Positions 10,145-19,030 of a stretch of DNA of 64,000 nt are shown piece after piece. The position numbers were made by a program, and so were the translations under genes. The notes beneath the pieces are model-generated. The model was given only the letters and a program-made list of their open reading frames with translations. It had not been told where the DNA came from and did not search any database. Numbering within the stretch: the first letter of the stretch is position 1; each line of letters begins with the position of its first letter. The stretch is from the NCBI GenBank assembly GCA_965248355.1, contig OZ252098.1, forward strand, positions 3,008,001-3,072,000. The letters are read 5' to 3'. Origin of the DNA: Candidatus Latescibacterota bacterium. Its GTDB lineage: Bacteria > Latescibacterota > UBA2968 > UBA8231.

Positions 10145-11227
10145 TCAGGCGCGGTGCGCGTCGATGCGATCGGCGATTTGCCGGAGACGTTTCACCACAG
10201 CATCGAGCACCGCGTCGTATTCGACCGCAGTCGGAAGGACGATGGGCACAAGGATCGCCTGATTCTCTTCCAGGCACTCGGGTGGGTCACTTCGCTTGAG
10301 AGGCTCGAGGGCCCTACGCGTTTCCGGCCACCGGGCCTTGTACTGCTCATCTGTCGATAGCCCGAAGGAAAGCCAGAGGGGGGTATCCGAATAACCCCCC
10401 CGGGCCCACCAATTGAGGCCGATGCCAAACCAGGCGATGGCGCCTCTCAACGAGAGAAACCGTCCGTATCCGCGCGGGCGCCCGTATCTCGCCGGATACG
10501 GGGTGACATTCAACCCCCTGATATCCGCGTATCCTTGTTCCACGGCCCGGGCCGTGGCGTCGCGGATGAGGCGCTCCAGGCTGAGCAGCCGGCGGGGGAT
10601 CTCCGGCGCCAGCTCTTCCGGCCGGAGCGGGGGAAACCCACTCTCCTCATCCACCCGATGCGTAAGCCCCCGCAACTGCTGTATCTCGTTCCTTGAGGCG
10701 GAATCGGCCGCACCTTCGAGGCGGTCGAGCAGATGCGCCCAACTGATCATCATCAGGTGCTTCCCCTCATCAGTCGCGGCGCTCTTGAAGGCAGCCTTGT
10801 CGAGGACGGAGAGCAGGCGGTCAGCGCCCGCCCGGCGACGCAGTTCCGGCCAGAGCGTCTCAAGCCTCGATTCGGGCGCGATGAACAGCAGGGCCTTGCC
10901 CGGGGCCAACCTGTCGAGGTAAGCCCTCGGCTGGTTGGCGGTGAGGCCGGCCCAGAACTTCGCCTCCATCAACGCGCACTCCGTGCCTTGTCCGTCAAGG
11001 GCGACGAGATCCGGCCGCGTCTCTCCCTCCCCGCTGACCTGGGTCTGGACCCTGGCAATCGTTCCGACATCCGCGCGCCCATCCTTCAGCACTTCCTCGA
11101 TGACCCCACAACCCTCCGCGGACCTCAGGATGAACCCCAAGGCTTCCACCGCGATGTCCTCGTGGCGGGAGGAGAGTTTCCAGGCGAGATGGGCGAGCAG
11201 GGTGTCGCCTTCAGTCTTGTCTTCCAT
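10145..11227 (-). CDS. PD-(D/E)XK nuclease superfamily protein
   Basis: RPDLVA...MEAKFWAGLTANQP motif, lower GC than the flanks, GAAGGAG RBS. Confidence 0.65.
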   Translation of the reverse strand: MEDKTEGDTLLAHLAWKLSSRHEDIAVEALGFILRSAEGCGVIEEVLKDGRADVGTIARVQTQVSGEGETRPDLVALDGQGTECALMEAKFWAGLTANQPRAYLDRLAPGKALLFIAPESRLETLWPELRRRAGADRLLSVLDKAAFKSAATDEGKHLMMISWAHLLDRLEGAADSASRNEIQQLRGLTHRVDEESGFPPLRPEELAPEIPRRLLSLERLIRDATARAVEQGYADIRGLNVTPYPARYGRPRGYGRFLSLRGAIAWFGIGLNWWARGGYSDTPLWLSFGLSTDEQYKARWPETRRALEPLKRSDPPECLEENQAILVPIVLPTAVEYDAVLDAVVKRLRQIADRIDAHRA

Positions 11228-11326
11228 GGTTCTCCTTCACCCCAATGTCTGTGACGTACATGCTGATCCATTCTACTCGCACAGCAGATCTATCCTCTCA
11301 TCCCGATGCCTGCGCGTGCCAATTCC

Positions 11327-14140
11327 TCAGGATCGCCAGGTGCGCCGGATATCCCGGGCAACCTCCGCGACCTCCTGAGCCACCCGGGGCATGCGGCCGA
11401 GTTCCTGTTCCAGTGCCGTGGTGAGAGGCAGCAGCAGCTTCGCCGATGGAGATGCCTGGATAAACTCGATCATGGGCTCCGGGCCGAGCTCGATGCTGAC
11501 TTGCATCAGTTCGTGGAAGCTTTCTGCTGGCAGAGGATCGCACTGGGGGAGGATCTGGAGGATCGTTTTGATTTCCCTCTGGCAGCAGGTCGGGTGACCG
11601 CTGCGCAGGCTGGCTTTGGCCCGTACCAGGTGACCACGCCACCGGTTCTCCTGCGATTGCGGGTTGCTCTCGTCCAGTACCCGGCCAGCGGTACATGCGG
11701 CTGCTTCGTAACGCCGGCACTCCAGCTCCAGTTCCGCTTTCTCGAGGAGGGCGTCCTCTACCCGTGCACGGAGTATGGGGGAATCATCTACCCCGAACCG
11801 CCGCACCACCTCCTCCAGTACAGCCAGGCCTTCCTCCGCCCGGTTCTGTTCCCCAAGTGTCATCCCCTTGTAGGTCAAGGCTATAGCCTGCGCTTCAAGA
11901 AGGGCCGATATCTCGCTTTCCCCGAATCGCTGGATTACCTCCTCATAGGCGGCCAGTTCTTCCTCTGGTCTGTCCAGCTCGCCGAGCGCGGCACCCTTGT
12001 TGACAAGGGCATTGGCAACCATCTCCAGAAGATCAGCTGTTTCGCTCTCCTCGAATCGGCGCACCACCTCCTCGTAGACGGCCAGCGATTCCTGGGTCCG
12101 GCCCAGCTCGCCGAGGGCGACCCCCTTGCGGAGGAGGGCCCTGGCGAGCAACGCCAGATGCACCTCCGTATCGCTCTCTCCGAGTCGGCGTCCCACCTCG
12201 TCATAGGCGGCCAGTGCCTCCTCCCGTCGGTTCAGGGCGGCTAGAGCGATGCCCTTGCAGAAGAGGGCTGCGGCGACCGGTTCAACAACCTCTGGTGACG
12301 GGCACTCGCCGAATCGATGCACGACCTCCTGGTAGGCGGCCAGTTCTTCATCCCTTCGATTCAAGCGGCCGAGTGTGCCTCCCTTGTTGAGAAGGGCCTT
12401 GGCGACCGTTTCGAGAGGGGCTGAAGTCTCACCCTCCGTGAATCGACCCACCACCTCATCGAAGACAGCCAGCGATTCCTCTGCTCGGTTCAGCTCTCCG
12501 AGTGTGACCCCCTTGTTGAGAAGGGCGTTGGCGGCGATCTCGACATGAACATCCGTATCCTCCTCGTCGAATCGTCGTCCCGCCTCCTCATAGGCGGCCA
12601 GTGTTTCCTCATAGCCCGCAAGTGCTTCCTCCGGTCGGTTCAGCTCTCCGAGGGCCTCCGCTTTGCAGAGGAGGGCTAGGACGACCAGTTGGAAGACCTC
12701 GGGTGACCGGCTCTCCCCGAACCGCCGCACCACCTCGTCCCAGGTGGCCAGCGCCTCCTCCGGGTCTTGCTCCTGCAACTCGACCGCTCTGTGCAAGAGC
12801 GCCTTAGCAGCCGCCAGCCCTTCGGGTTCCTCCTCGGGGAGGAGCGCAAGCAACTCTTCTCGATCCCCGGCCAGCACCGGCAGCTGCACCAGCTGTTGAA
12901 CCGCCGTTCGGTGGAGAGATCGCATCTCCCCGTCCAGGGAGCGTGCCTCCCGGGCCATTCTTTTGCTGATGTCCCTCAACTCAGACCGAGAGTAGAACGA
13001 CTCCATGAATCGGATGAGGGCATGGATCAACGAGTCCGGACCGCCGTTGCGGCGCAACAGGTAGTAGATGTTGTACAGGCGCTCGCTCAGGTAGTACTCC
13101 TTGCGGCGGGCGTTTCCGCCCGTCACCTGGACGACGCCTCGTTCGATGAGACGGGTGAGCTGGGCGCTGCACTTGCTCGTGTCGACGCGGGAGCGCTCCG
13201 CGATCTCCCTCGTGGTCGCCGGCTTCCACAGGTCGGCCAGCGCCAGGTAGACCCGCCGCTCCTGGGCGGGGAGGGACTCTATGTGACTCTTGAAGTACTC
13301 CGTGTGCTCGTCGACGAGGTCGAGGAGGTCGTCCATCAGCTCGCGGAAAGAGAGTTCCGCGCCGAAGCGGGCTACGATGGCCACGAGGCGGGGGCTGCCG
13401 CCCGTGAGGATCTCCAGGGGCCGGATCGTCTGGCGCGGGGGGCGCTGGCCGGAGATCGTTTCCCACAGCGCGGCGCACTCATCGGTGTCGAGGGGTTTCA
13501 GCGTCCGTACCCGGAACAGGTCGTACAGGGCGTGGTCGGGGTTGTCGATCTCGGCGAAGCGGCTGGTGGCGCTGGCGAGCAGGATGATGCGCGGCTCGGT
13601 CTGGAGGATCTTGCGCAGCCGCCAGCCGGCGTCGCGGTCCGCCATGTCCCGGAACATCATGTTCAGGTTCTCGACCACCAGCACGAGTCGCTTGCCCTCG
13701 CGGTCGGAGAAGTCGAGGAGGGCACCGAGGCAACGGTCGCCGAGGGTCTGGTCGTCCTGAATGGTGCGCAGGTCCCGGTAGGTGCGATGCAGGTCCGGAG
13801 CGTCGTCCCGGGACGGCGCCTGGTCCGCCAGGCGGGAGAGGGCCTCCAGCCAGAACTCCCCGACGCTGGAGACTTCGTAGCTCTCCTCGGCGAAGACGAT
13901 GGGAAAGAAGCCGTGCGACAACTCCGGGTCCCGGCGGACCTCGGCCGCCACGCGCAGGAGCAGGCTGGTCTTGCCGCTGCCGCGGGGGCCGATCACGATC
14001 TGATGCGGATTCGAGGGGCCGCTGCATTCGCGCAGCAGTTCGACCATGGAGTCGTACTCGGCCGTGCGCACGCAGAACGAGGTAGTCAGTTCCTCGTCGG
14101 TGAGGAACCCCGGGTTGTACTTCCTGACGGCCATGGTCAT
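11327..14140 (-). CDS. STAND-like P-loop ATPase with winged HTH and about 8 TPR-like repeats
   Basis: GPRGSGKTS Walker A, VLVVENL at the Walker B position, TGGSPRL, HTH (TTREIAERSRVDTSKCSAQLTRL) and 43-aa ALxxKGxxLGxLxRxEE repeats. ATG at 14140 overlaps the upstream TGA. Confidence 0.8.
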   Translation of the reverse strand: MTMAVRKYNPGFLTDEELTTSFCVRTAEYDSMVELLRECSGPSNPHQIVIGPRGSGKTSLLLRVAAEVRRDPELSHGFFPIVFAEESYEVSSVGEFWLEALSRLADQAPSRDDAPDLHRTYRDLRTIQDDQTLGDRCLGALLDFSDREGKRLVLVVENLNMMFRDMADRDAGWRLRKILQTEPRIILLASATSRFAEIDNPDHALYDLFRVRTLKPLDTDECAALWETISGQRPPRQTIRPLEILTGGSPRLVAIVARFGAELSFRELMDDLLDLVDEHTEYFKSHIESLPAQERRVYLALADLWKPATTREIAERSRVDTSKCSAQLTRLIERGVVQVTGGNARRKEYYLSERLYNIYYLLRRNGGPDSLIHALIRFMESFYSRSELRDISKRMAREARSLDGEMRSLHRTAVQQLVQLPVLAGDREELLALLPEEEPEGLAAAKALLHRAVELQEQDPEEALATWDEVVRRFGESRSPEVFQLVVLALLCKAEALGELNRPEEALAGYEETLAAYEEAGRRFDEEDTDVHVEIAANALLNKGVTLGELNRAEESLAVFDEVVGRFTEGETSAPLETVAKALLNKGGTLGRLNRRDEELAAYQEVVHRFGECPSPEVVEPVAAALFCKGIALAALNRREEALAAYDEVGRRLGESDTEVHLALLARALLRKGVALGELGRTQESLAVYEEVVRRFEESETADLLEMVANALVNKGAALGELDRPEEELAAYEEVIQRFGESEISALLEAQAIALTYKGMTLGEQNRAEEGLAVLEEVVRRFGVDDSPILRARVEDALLEKAELELECRRYEAAACTAGRVLDESNPQSQENRWRGHLVRAKASLRSGHPTCCQREIKTILQILPQCDPLPAESFHELMQVSIELGPEPMIEFIQASPSAKLLLPLTTALEQELGRMPRVAQEVAEVARDIRRTWRS

Positions 14141-15399
14141 CGCCCTTCGATGGGGACGAAGTGCCCGCCGTGCCGGGCGCGCCACCAGTCCTCGAGCAAG
14201 CCGGAAACGAACCGGTAGCCGTCTCCGTGCCGCTCCAGGTACCCGTCGTGTTCGAGCACGCGGAGCACATCCTCGACCGGGACCGTATCCGCGTTAGCCT
14301 CGGCCTCGTTCCGGGACCCACCTTGGAGATACTCGCGGTAGCGGCCAATCGTATCGCCGCTCAGCGAGCCGTCACCGACGGCAGCCTCAGTCAGAATCTC
14401 CAGCGCGGTCCGGTAGCCCTCCCTCCCCAGAACCATCCTCAGCCGGCCTTCGTAATGCTCCAGGTCCATCTGTCCGCGGACGCCGAGCATCTCGTTGGTG
14501 TACACGCGCTCCACGTCTTCCATCGTGGCTTCACGCCGGCCGGCGCGGCGCAGGTCCTCGTGGAGGTTGTCGAAGAACTGCTGTACGTGGTGGGGGATCT
14601 GGCACCGCAGCCGGCGGCACATCTCCCGGCGGACGGCGAGGGGAAGGTCGAGGCGGTAGGTCTGCGCCAGCTTCGCGAGGCAGGCGGCCGCCGTCTGGTC
14701 GTCCCAGGGCTCCAGGTTGAAGGGGGAGTAGATGTTCGCGTGAGCGCTGAGGCCGGCCTGTGCCAGGATCGGCTCCAGGCTGACGCTGCCGGCGAGGATC
14801 AGGATGACCCGGCCCCGATGGGTCTGGCCGTTCTTGCGGAGCCAGCCCATGAACTCGTCCACCGCCTGCCGCCGCTCCGGGGTGATGTGGTGTTCAGGTC
14901 CCTTGAGCAGCCGGTTGACGAGGATCGGCAACTCGTCGATGGCCAGCACCACCGGCCGGTCGCTCTCGGCCAGGGCGGCGAAGACCTCGTCCCCCTTCTG
15001 CCGCCAGTTCCCGGTGTCGATCCCCGCCCGAAGCTTGACCTGGACCTCGGCGATGGTCACCAAATCGACTCGATCGCCGGCCTCTCTCAGGGCGTTGGCG
15101 AATCCCGACTTGATGCGCGGCCACGCGCCCTGCACCGACCTCGACCGGGCCCCGATCTCGGCGACGGCGTCCGCCGGGGCGGCGGCGTCCTCCAGGTCGA
15201 CGAAGACCGTCTCGAAGCGGCCCTCTTCGTCCAGGCGGCGCAGCAGCTCCCGGACCAGGCTCGTCTTGCCTATCCGCCGCTGCGCGGTCAGGAGTGTGTG
15301 AGTGCCGTCCCGAACCCGTTCGGCGAGCGCCTCGAGCTCAACCTCCCGGTCGAAGAACCGGTCCCCGTCAACCCAGTTGGCCCCGGCTTTCCTGAGCAT
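14137..15399 (-). CDS. Archaeal-ATPase/STAND-like ATP-binding protein
   Basis: FFDREVEL, AQRRIGKTS Walker A variant, LAIDELP Walker B. ATG at 15399 after GGAGAGGAGG. Confidence 0.8.
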   Translation of the reverse strand: MLRKAGANWVDGDRFFDREVELEALAERVRDGTHTLLTAQRRIGKTSLVRELLRRLDEEGRFETVFVDLEDAAAPADAVAEIGARSRSVQGAWPRIKSGFANALREAGDRVDLVTIAEVQVKLRAGIDTGNWRQKGDEVFAALAESDRPVVLAIDELPILVNRLLKGPEHHITPERRQAVDEFMGWLRKNGQTHRGRVILILAGSVSLEPILAQAGLSAHANIYSPFNLEPWDDQTAAACLAKLAQTYRLDLPLAVRREMCRRLRCQIPHHVQQFFDNLHEDLRRAGRREATMEDVERVYTNEMLGVRGQMDLEHYEGRLRMVLGREGYRTALEILTEAAVGDGSLSGDTIGRYREYLQGGSRNEAEANADTVPVEDVLRVLEHDGYLERHGDGYRFVSGLLEDWWRARHGGHFVPIEGR

Positions 15400-15414
15400 G
15401 GCCGTCCTCCTCTC

Positions 15415-15464
15415 CAACGAATTCGTTGGCAACAATCGTGTTGGCAACGAATCTGTTGGCAACG
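15415..15464. repeat. Three tandem 15-bp CAAC-N7-GTTG-type palindromic repeats plus a partial fourth
   Basis: caacgaattcgttgg, caacaatcgtgttgg, caacgaatctgttgg, caacg. Including the preceding C, the first unit is the perfect palindrome ccaacgaattcgttgg. Confidence 0.85.
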
Positions 15465-15478
15465 CCGGGGCATGTCAA
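15450..15478 (-). promoter_or_regulatory. Candidate sigma70 promoter for the ATPase operon
   Basis: TTGACA at 15478-15473, a 17-nt spacer, then a weak -10 (CAGATT) lying inside repeat 3. Confidence 0.45.
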
Positions 15479-15600
15479 GAGGTTTTTCGCCGCGCCTTGG
15501 ATTCGCAGCAGTTGCCCCGAATCGGCCCAAGGCGCCGGCCATGGATCAGATCCCAGTCCTGGGAATGTTCGGCCGGATACCTTCGCTCAACGGGGCAAGT

Positions 15601-15816
15601 TCACCGGGACTCGGCCCGCTGCCTGCAGAGCGTGCGCCGCCGGATTTCAAGGTCGGCGCGATCGAGGGCCGGATCGTGGGGGGGCATCTCCGGGTGCAGG
15701 GGGTAGCTCGACCGGAAGACCTCGAGGGTATCGGGCCGGGAGGCGTCAGCAGCGAGGGAGTCCTTGTTCGCCGCCCAGATATCCCGGCATGTCTCGAATA
15801 TCGTTGCGACCGTCAT
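15601..15816 (-). CDS. Small hypothetical ORF or gene remnant coupled to vapC
   Basis: ATG overlaps the vapC stop (ATGA). 71 aa with no recognised motif. Confidence 0.3.
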   Translation of the reverse strand: MTVATIFETCRDIWAANKDSLAADASRPDTLEVFRSSYPLHPEMPPHDPALDRADLEIRRRTLCRQRAESR

Positions 15817-16268
15817 TGGTTCCGTGGCCGGGCGGTCCAGGGGTCAACGGTCTCGACGCCGGTGTTGCGGAACTCGCCCGTGTTCCGCGTGACGATGCCG
15901 AGCCCGCGCGTTGCAGCCGCTGCCGCGAGGAAGGCGTCCGGCATGTGATCGTCCAGCGCCTCGCCGCGCCTGCGCTTGTCCTCCATGATCCGTGCGCATG
16001 CCTGTGCATCGGCGAGGGCCCAGTGGACGATCCGGTCCTCGAACAACTCGTCGAGAAGATCGCGAAACCGTTCCGAGAGGCCGCGTCGGCGCCGGCCGGG
16101 AGCCAGACGACCGATGCCGTCAAGCACCTCCCAGACGGTGATGGACGCGAGGCCAATGCCTTCGGGCTCGATCGCATCGAGAAAGGCGGCGACCTGCGGT
16201 TCGGGCCGCGGGCGCATCATCTCGGAGACGACGTTGGTGTCTATCAGCCACGCGAGCGGGGAGGTCAT
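15813..16268 (-). CDS. vapC: VapC/FitB PIN-domain toxin
   Basis: WLIDTNVVSE, SITVWE, DAFLAAAA and IVTRNTGEF motifs. ATG at 16268. Confidence 0.9.
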   Translation of the reverse strand: MTSPLAWLIDTNVVSEMMRPRPEPQVAAFLDAIEPEGIGLASITVWEVLDGIGRLAPGRRRRGLSERFRDLLDELFEDRIVHWALADAQACARIMEDKRRRGEALDDHMPDAFLAAAAATRGLGIVTRNTGEFRNTGVETVDPWTARPRNQ

Positions 16269-16522
16269 CCCTCCTCTCCACCGGAGAACGACAGCGGCCT
16301 GTAGCCGTAACGAATCGGGGGCGGAAGTTCGATGCCGTGATCCTCCCCGAAATGCCGGGCGAAGGCCTCGGACGGCTTCGGCCGGCGCTCGGTCTTTGTG
16401 CGCTTCTCGTGGATCAGCCTGCGGACCAGTTCTTCCATCGACACTCCGGTCTGCCGGGCTTCGCGCCGGAGCCAGGACTTGTCTCCGGGGTCGATATCGC
16501 GAACGGTGATGCTGGTGCCCAT
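16265..16522 (-). CDS. FitA-like ribbon-helix-helix antitoxin
   Basis: SITVRDID...LRREARQTGVSMEELVRRLI. Overlaps the toxin start. Confidence 0.85.
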   Translation of the reverse strand: MGTSITVRDIDPGDKSWLRREARQTGVSMEELVRRLIHEKRTKTERRPKPSEAFARHFGEDHGIELPPPIRYGYRPLSFSGGEEG

Positions 16523-16613
16523 GCCGGCGCCTCCTGTTCGGTCGGGAGCCCTTCCAGATGTCCCATCCAACAATCAAATTATGCTATCACGGCGCGGTCC
16601 ACCACTGTTCCGG

Positions 16614-17342
16614 TCACTCCACCGACCCCTGCCCCAGCGGCTTGATCACCAGCTCCGAGACCACCACGTGCGGAGGCAGCCCCGCCACGTAGACCACCAC
16701 GTCGGCGATGTCCTCGGGCTGCAGGATGCGGGCCTTGTGCTCGTCGGAGACCTTCACCGGGCGCTGGTCGAGGATGGGGGTGTTGATCTCGCCGGGGGAG
16801 ATGACGCAGGCGCGGATCCCGTGCCTGGCCTCTTCGAGGTTGACCGTCTGGGTGACGACGGACATGGCGTGCTTGGCGGCGGAGTAGGCGGCGCCGGCGA
16901 GGACGCCGGGGGCGGTGCCGGCCACGGAGGAGATGGCGATCACGAGACCGCCGCCCTGGCGGCGCATGTGGGGCAGGACCTCGTGGAGGGTGTTGAAGGC
17001 GCCGGTGGCGTTGATGTCCATCTGCAGGTCCCAGTTCTCCGGGGACAGCTTCTCCAGCGAGCGGTCGACGACGTTGACGCCGGCGTTGTTGACGAGCACG
17101 TCCACGCGCCCGAACTCGCCAAGGGTCCAGTCGACGATCTCCTTCACGCGGGCGCGGTCCCTGACGTCGCCGGCCATGGGGTATGCGCGGTCGCCGGCCT
17201 TGGCGCAGGCGGCCCTCAGCCTGGCCTCGTCGCGGCCCATGGTGACCACGCGCGCGCCCTCCCGCACGCAACTCTCGACGATGGCGGCGCCGGCCCCGGA
17301 GCCGCCGCCGGTTACGATGAAGACCTGGTCCTTCAGCTTCAC
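16614..17342 (-). CDS. Short-chain dehydrogenase/reductase
   Basis: VTGGGSGAG, NNAG, YSAAK. GTG at 17342. Confidence 0.9.
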   Translation of the reverse strand: MKLKDQVFIVTGGGSGAGAAIVESCVREGARVVTMGRDEARLRAACAKAGDRAYPMAGDVRDRARVKEIVDWTLGEFGRVDVLVNNAGVNVVDRSLEKLSPENWDLQMDINATGAFNTLHEVLPHMRRQGGGLVIAISSVAGTAPGVLAGAAYSAAKHAMSVVTQTVNLEEARHGIRACVISPGEINTPILDQRPVKVSDEHKARILQPEDIADVVVYVAGLPPHVVVSELVIKPLGQGSVE

Positions 17343-18160
17343 TCCACCACCTCCTCGCCGAAGATCTGGGTGCGGTTCATGATGCGGCGCTGATCGCCGG
17401 GGAAGGCCAGGCGGCGGTGGCTCGTGGGCCGGTTGTCCCACATCACCAGGTCGCCCACCCGCCAGCTGTGGGTCCAGATGAACCGCGGCTGGTCCATGTG
17501 GGCGTAGAGCTCGGACAGCAGGGCGCGGCTCTCCTCCTCGCTGACGCCGTGGATGTGGTGGGTCAGGTGGGGGCTCACGTACAGGGACCGCCGCCCGGTC
17601 TCGGGATGGCGGCGCACCACGGGGTGGATGGTCGGCTCGGGCGGGTTCTGCTCGTCCACGTGGTGGCGGTGCACGGCGCGCAGCTTCTGCAACTCGGCCT
17701 GGCGCTCCGGGGGCAGGGCGTCGTAGGCGGCGCGGCCGTCGCACCACTGGGTGTCGCCGCCGGTGGGGGGAATCTCCACGGCGTAGAGCAGGGAGAGGGT
17801 CCCCGGCTTTGGCAGGTAGGAGAGGTCGGAGTGGAAGTCGATCAGCTCGCTGCCGAGGGCGCCGATGGGCTCGCCGTTCTCCTTCACGTTGGAGATGATG
17901 AAGATCTCCTTGACGCGGCGCTCGCGCTGCTTGCGGACGTGCTCCACGGGCCGGCCGAAGTACGAGGTGAAGCGCACCTGGTCCTCGTCGCTGATGCGCT
18001 GATCGCGGAAGACGAGGACGCAGTGCTCCAGCAGGGCGGCGCGCACCTGCTTCACCTGCTGCGGGGTCAGCTCCCGGCCCAGGTCGAGGCCGCGGATCTC
18101 GGCGCCGAGGGGGCCGCCGGAGGGCAGGACGCGCAGGTCGGCGCCGGTGGTGAGGGTCAT
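17339..18160 (-). CDS. TauD/TfdA family dioxygenase
   Basis: FHSDLSY (HxD), HPVVRRHPETGR, WDNRPTSHR. Confidence 0.9.
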   Translation of the reverse strand: MTLTTGADLRVLPSGGPLGAEIRGLDLGRELTPQQVKQVRAALLEHCVLVFRDQRISDEDQVRFTSYFGRPVEHVRKQRERRVKEIFIISNVKENGEPIGALGSELIDFHSDLSYLPKPGTLSLLYAVEIPPTGGDTQWCDGRAAYDALPPERQAELQKLRAVHRHHVDEQNPPEPTIHPVVRRHPETGRRSLYVSPHLTHHIHGVSEEESRALLSELYAHMDQPRFIWTHSWRVGDLVMWDNRPTSHRRLAFPGDQRRIMNRTQIFGEEVVE

Positions 18161-18177
18161 GCCGTTCTCCCAGGGTC

Positions 18178-18939
18178 TCAGACGTCGCAGGTGGCGAAGG
18201 TCGCTCGCAGGGACGCGACGGGATCGCCCTTGGGCGAGTACTCGTGGCCCACGAAGCCGCCGTAGCCGGTGGCGGCGATGGCCCGCATGACGGCGGGATA
18301 GTGGATCTCCTGGGTGTCGTCGGGATCGTTGCGCCCCGGGTTGCCGGCGGTGTGGAAGTGGGCGATCCACTCGATGTTGTCGGTGATCGTGCGGATCAGG
18401 TCGCCCTCCATGATCTGCATGTGATAGATGTCGTAGAGCAGCTTCACCCGCGGCGAGGCGACGGCCCGGCACAGGCGCGCCCCCCACTCGGTGCGGTCGC
18501 ACTGGTAGTCGGGGTGGTTGACCCTGCTGTTGAGCAGCTCCATGCACAGGTTGACGCCCTTCTCCTCGGCGTACCCCTTCACCCGCAGCAGGCCCTCCAC
18601 GCAGTTGTCGAAGCCCTCCTCGTGGCGGCGATCCTCGAGGTTGCCGGAGAACGTGATGAGCGACGGGATGCCGTGCTCGGCGGCCTTGTCGACGCTCTCC
18701 TTCAGCTCCGCCTCGATGCGGCCGTGGTTGCCGCGGTTGTTGAGGCCGTCGGGCAGCGAGGCGTGGCCGACGACGATGGCGATGTCGAGACCGTGGTCCC
18801 GCACGAGAGGCCAGTGCTCCTCGGGAAGCATCTCCACGGAGGCGAAGCCGATATCCGCGGCGGCGGCGATCGCCCGGTCGGGGCGGTCGAAGCCGCGGGA
18901 GAGGGGGCCGAAGCAGACGGACTGGCGGATCGAGGTCAC
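18178..18939 (-). CDS. Hydroxypyruvate isomerase-like TIM-barrel protein
   Basis: CMELLN, LYDIYHMQIMEG, HFHTAGNPGR, GHEY. Confidence 0.85.
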   Translation of the reverse strand: MTSIRQSVCFGPLSRGFDRPDRAIAAAADIGFASVEMLPEEHWPLVRDHGLDIAIVVGHASLPDGLNNRGNHGRIEAELKESVDKAAEHGIPSLITFSGNLEDRRHEEGFDNCVEGLLRVKGYAEEKGVNLCMELLNSRVNHPDYQCDRTEWGARLCRAVASPRVKLLYDIYHMQIMEGDLIRTITDNIEWIAHFHTAGNPGRNDPDDTQEIHYPAVMRAIAATGYGGFVGHEYSPKGDPVASLRATFATCDV

Positions 18940-19030
18940 GGGGCGGGCTCCTGGGTCGCGGCCTGCGGCGCGGGACCGTCCGATCGGTATCCGCGCCGGC
19001 GCCGGGTGAGAATCAGGTGTGAGAGGATGG

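Noticed and set aside
15415..15464. Mini-CRISPR or integron attC interpretation of the 15-bp repeats
   Set aside because: There are no spacers, the units are too short, no cas or intI gene is present, and the ends do not fit RYYYAAC/GTTRRRY.
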